DNA of 64,000 bases from Escherichia coli (GTDB lineage Bacteria > Pseudomonadota > Gammaproteobacteria > Enterobacterales > Enterobacteriaceae), in NCBI RefSeq assembly GCF_050320075.1, contig NZ_CP190018.1; one strand, given 5' to 3'. The position numbers and the translations under genes are program-made. Below are positions 60,457 to 64,000 of the stretch, one piece after another. Position 1 is the stretch's first letter. Every line of letters begins with the position of its first letter. The notes below the pieces were generated by a model, which saw only the letters and a list, made by a program, of their open reading frames with translations, was not told the DNA's origin and did no database searches.

Positions 60457-60472
60457 CTGTATAAAATCACAG
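60457..60472. promoter_or_regulatory. LexA (SOS) box of yebG
   Basis: CTGTATAAAATCACAG, 20 nt upstream of the yebG start. Confidence 0.8.
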
Positions 60473-60491
60473 TTATTATGAGAGGCTGCAA

Positions 60492-60782
60492 ATGGCGGTT
60501 GAAGTTAAATACGTAGTCATTCGTGAGGGCGAAGAGAAAATGTCGTTTACCAGCAAAAAGGAAGCCGATGCTTATGACAAAATGCTTGATACGGCGGATC
60601 TGCTTGACACCTGGCTGACAAATTCTCCAGTGCAAATGGAAGACGAGCAACGTGAAGCCCTTTCGCTATGGCTGGCAGAACAAAAAGATGTGCTGAGCAC
60701 CATTCTGAAAACCGGCAAATTACCGTCCCCACAGGTCGTCGGTGCTGAATCCGAAGAGGAAGATGCCTCACACGCGGCCTGA
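60492..60782 (+). CDS. yebG: SOS-inducible protein YebG
   Basis: 96 aa, MAVEVKYVVIREGEEKMSFTSKKEADAYDKMLD.. Confidence 0.93.
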   Translation: MAVEVKYVVIREGEEKMSFTSKKEADAYDKMLDTADLLDTWLTNSPVQMEDEQREALSLWLAEQKDVLSTILKTGKLPSPQVVGAESEEEDASHAA

Positions 60783-60800
60783 AGCAACTTGCGCTCCTGA

Positions 60801-61205
<405 letters not shown>

Positions 61206-61531
61206 TGGCTTCTGATAATTCGATTGACCGTTGGCGGATGCGGCGCGAGTGCCTTATCCGCCCCACAACGCACCACAATCGTAGGCCTGAGAAGACGCAA
61301 CAGCGTCGCATCGGGCAATCAGCATCAAACAGTGCTACTCAAAACGTCAAACTACTTTCACCTAAAATACCCTTATCATCTGATATACAGTGAACACCTT
61401 ACCTGGCGGGAATTTCTTTGAATAACGGCCAACCGCCCCGCTTATTTGCGCATCTTTTGTCTCGATATACATTTTCTGACATCCTCATCCGCTATGCTAC
61501 AGGCACTAAAAATGGTTATTGAGGAGCAAAT

Positions 61532-62191
61532 ATGGCTAACTGGTTAAATCAACTGCAATCCCTGCTTGGGCAAAGCAGTTCTTCTGCCTCCTCGTCTGCG
61601 GATCAGGGATTGGGCAAACTTTTAGTGCCGGGCGCATTAGGCGGACTGGCTGGGCTGCTGGTCGCAAATAAATCAGCACGTAAACTTCTTACGAAATATG
61701 GCACCAACGCGTTGCTGGTTGGCGGCGGAGCGGTAGCGGGTACGGTGCTGTGGAATAAATACAAAGATAAAATTCGCGCGGCGCATCAGGACGAACCGCA
61801 GTTTGGCGCGCAAAGTACGCCGCTGGATGAGCGTACTGAACGTTTGATCCTTGCGCTGGTCTTTGCCGCTAAAAGTGATGGTCATATTGATGCCAAAGAA
61901 CGTGCGGCAATCGATCAGCAATTGCGTGAAGCCGGCGTGGAAGAGCAGGGGCGTGTACTCATTGAGCAGGCAATCGAACAACCGCTGGATCCACAACGCC
62001 TGGCTACCGGGGTCCGCAATGAAGAAGAGGCGCTGGAAATCTATTTCCTGAGCTGCGCGGCTATTGATATTGACCATTTTATGGAACGCAGTTACCTGAA
62101 TGCACTGGGTGACGCGCTGAAAATCCCCCAGGACGTTCGTGAAGGCATTGAACGCGATCTCGAACAACAAAAACGCACTTTGGCGGAATAA
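61532..62191 (+). CDS. yebE: Inner membrane protein YebE (DUF533)
   Basis: 219 aa, [38 protein letters not shown].. Confidence 0.92.
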   Translation: MANWLNQLQSLLGQSSSSASSSADQGLGKLLVPGALGGLAGLLVANKSARKLLTKYGTNALLVGGGAVAGTVLWNKYKDKIRAAHQDEPQFGAQSTPLDERTERLILALVFAAKSDGHIDAKERAAIDQQLREAGVEEQGRVLIEQAIEQPLDPQRLATGVRNEEEALEIYFLSCAAIDIDHFMERSYLNALGDALKIPQDVREGIERDLEQQKRTLAE

Positions 62192-62354
62192 TTCCGCTCT
62201 CTGGATAGCCTGAAGTTGACTATTTCGGGCTATCCAGAACCGCACAGCCATTTGAGCAGGCTGATTTTCTCTGTCTGCATAACATTCGATATCCGCGCCA
62301 TTACCTGTCATCATGTGACTGCTCCCCGCCCTGTCGGGCGAGGCTTCCCACTTC

Positions 62355-63524
62355 TTAAGCCGCAACCGTCTGTGTGACGGATTTACGCTGGCCTCCATGG
62401 GCAGAAACGACGAGTCCCGCCGCTTGTAATTCCAGTATGCCCTTGCGTTTGATGTTGAGCGCCGCGTTGATATCGCGGTCATGTTCAACTCCACACTCTG
62501 GACACTGCCAGATGCGCTTATGTAATGGCATCTCCGACATTTTGTGACCGCAGCAGTGGCAGGTCTTCGAACTGGCGAACCATTGATCCAGTTTCACCAG
62601 ATGCACACCTTTCTCTGTTGCTTTGTATTCCAGTTTTGTGATGAATCCAGACCATCCAGCATCGCCTATCGCACGAGCCAGATGGTGATTTTTCATCATA
62701 TTTGCCATTTTCAATGTCTCGACAATTACCGCTTGGTTTTCGTCAACAATTGCGCGAGATAACTTGTGCTGGAAATCGGCACGGGCACCGGCTACCCGTT
62801 CGTGAACGGCTGCAAGTTGTATTCTGGCTTTGCGCCTGTTTGCGCTCCCTTTTTTCTTACGGGACAGTGCTTTCTGCTTCCGGCGCAGGTTGCGACTTGC
62901 ATTGATTAGGTGGCGGGGACTGGCAATTTTATTGCCGTCCGATTTGATGACAAAATGCGCCAGCCCCATATCCAGCCCTGTCACATTTGATATCAGTGCG
63001 GGCTTTGCCGGCGCTTCCATCCCGTCGTCACAGAGTAACGACGCGTAGTATTTCCCGGTTGCGCTGCGGCTCAACGTGATACTTTTCAGCATTCCCGTAA
63101 TTTCACGATGTAAACGCGCTTCAATCGGCAAGATTTTCGGTATTTTTATCGCAGCATCAAGGACTTTTATGCCAACACAATGGTAGCTCGATTGTCTGCC
63201 GTGTTTACTTTTAAAGGTAGGTTTACCTGCTTTCAGTTTCGGATTGAAAAAGTTAGAAAAAGCCACGTCGAGGTTAATTACCGCCTGCTGCAACGCAATA
63301 GAATCATATTCTTTAAGCCATCCATACCGGCGGGATTTCTTCGCCACTGCAAGCAGTGGTTTGAGGTCTTTACGCGGGTTTAAATTTACGCGGTGCCGCT
63401 GGTAAGAATGTTTCTTGATATGCAGAGCTTTGTTGTACGCAAAACGCACTGCACCGAACTGGGCGTTGATAAATTCAGCCTGTTCTGGTGTCGGGTAGAT
63501 GCGTACTTTTGTTGCTCTTAACAT
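62355..63524 (-). CDS. tnpB: TnpB (RuvC-like, RNA-guided nuclease family; OrfB zinc ribbon)
   Basis: 389 aa, MLRATKVRIYPTPEQAEFINAQFGAVRFAYNKAL.. with C-terminal CHCCGH..CPECG..DRDINAALNI. Confidence 0.9.
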   Translation of the reverse strand: MLRATKVRIYPTPEQAEFINAQFGAVRFAYNKALHIKKHSYQRHRVNLNPRKDLKPLLAVAKKSRRYGWLKEYDSIALQQAVINLDVAFSNFFNPKLKAGKPTFKSKHGRQSSYHCVGIKVLDAAIKIPKILPIEARLHREITGMLKSITLSRSATGKYYASLLCDDGMEAPAKPALISNVTGLDMGLAHFVIKSDGNKIASPRHLINASRNLRRKQKALSRKKKGSANRRKARIQLAAVHERVAGARADFQHKLSRAIVDENQAVIVETLKMANMMKNHHLARAIGDAGWSGFITKLEYKATEKGVHLVKLDQWFASSKTCHCCGHKMSEMPLHKRIWQCPECGVEHDRDINAALNIKRKGILELQAAGLVVSAHGGQRKSVTQTVAA

Positions 63525-63580
63525 AATCAGCGCTCATTGATATAATGCTTTTATTTTAACACTTTAGGTAAATATATCAA

Positions 63581-64000
63581 TTGAGTAATCATGATGATTT
63601 ACTGGCGGGATTTCTCCGCAAACGACACAGTGTCAGTAAGCTGGTTGTGCACCTTATTTTTACGACAAAGTATCGACGCAAACTATTCGACAGTCAGATG
63701 ATCGCTCAGTTGCGTGAGGCTTTTGGCTCCGCTGCGGCAAAGCTTGAATGCGAAATTATTGAGATGGACGGGGAGCCAGACCATGTACACCTGCTGGTTG
63801 CCTACCCGCCAAAACTGGCGGTCAGTGTGATGGTCAATAATTTAAAATCGGTATCATCACGTTTGCTACGCCAGCAGAACGCGCATTTACGCATGCAGAG
63901 TAAAACGGGGCTTTTGTGGTCGAGATCGTACTTTGTCTGTAGCACCGGAGAGGCAACGATTGAAACGCTCAGAGCCTACGTTCAGAGTCAGTCAACACCT
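63581..64000 (+). CDS. tnpA: IS200/IS605 Y1 (HUH) transposase TnpA, truncated by window end; start codon uncertain (TTG at 63581 is a candidate)
   Basis: Open frame ..RHSVSKLVVHLIFTTKYRRKLFDSQMIAQLREAFG..GEPDHVHLLVAYPPKLAVS..LWSRSYFVCSTGEATIETLRAYVQSQ.. with the HUH motif HVH and a C-terminal Tyr region. Confidence 0.8.
   Translation, partial: MSNHDDLLAGFLRKRHSVSKLVVHLIFTTKYRRKLFDSQMIAQLREAFGSAAAKLECEIIEMDGEPDHVHLLVAYPPKLAVSVMVNNLKSVSSRLLRQQNAHLRMQSKTGLLWSRSYFVCSTGEATIETLRAYVQSQSTP

Larger units (their letters stand above)
62192..64000. mobile_element. IS200/IS605-family insertion sequence (partial; continues past window end); the tnpB-side boundary lies somewhere in 62192-62354
   Basis: Divergent tnpB (minus) and tnpA (plus), with hairpins at 62202-62238 and 62323-62336 on the tnpB-distal side. 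Exact end not determinable without a reference. Confidence 0.8.

Noticed and set aside
61673-62494. 273-aa ORF on the minus strand spanning yebE and the IS boundary
   Set aside because: It is antisense to yebE and runs into the tnpB 3' end, crossing two unrelated genetic units. It has no SD.

Overview
Escherichia coli chromosome, collinear with the K-12 otsA-uspC / flhDC-mot-che-tar-tap / flhBAE / argS / yecM-cutC / torYZ / cmoBA-yecN / yecED / aspS-nudB-yebC-ruvCAB / znuBCA / mepM-lpxM / pykA-hexR-zwf-edd-eda / purT-yebGFE region. Genes were recognised from the ORF translations, and several starts were trimmed to known K-12 lengths. There are two accessory insertions. (1) A 12,229-bp AT-rich element (27134-39369) splits yecE. 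It is bounded by a 7-bp AAAATCA repeat, and a large serine recombinase sits next to attR. attB and a near-symmetric attP can be rebuilt from the two junctions. It carries a HEPN-like accessory gene, a Dam-family methyltransferase fused to an HTH, a Rep gene with internal 23-bp iterons preceded by a terminated structured RNA, a back-to-back promoter switch with a tandem ribbon-helix-helix protein, two long repeat-dense non-coding regions, and only two virion genes (tape measure and a distal-tail-like protein). No capsid, terminase, tail tube or lysis genes are recognisable. I read it as a candidate uncharacterised helper-dependent phage satellite or mini-prophage; this is the main finding. (2) A partial IS200/IS605-family element (divergent tnpB and tnpA) lies directly downstream of yebE and runs off the window. 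I saw no rRNA, tRNA or CRISPR array. All homology statements come from memory of protein families; no searches were run.
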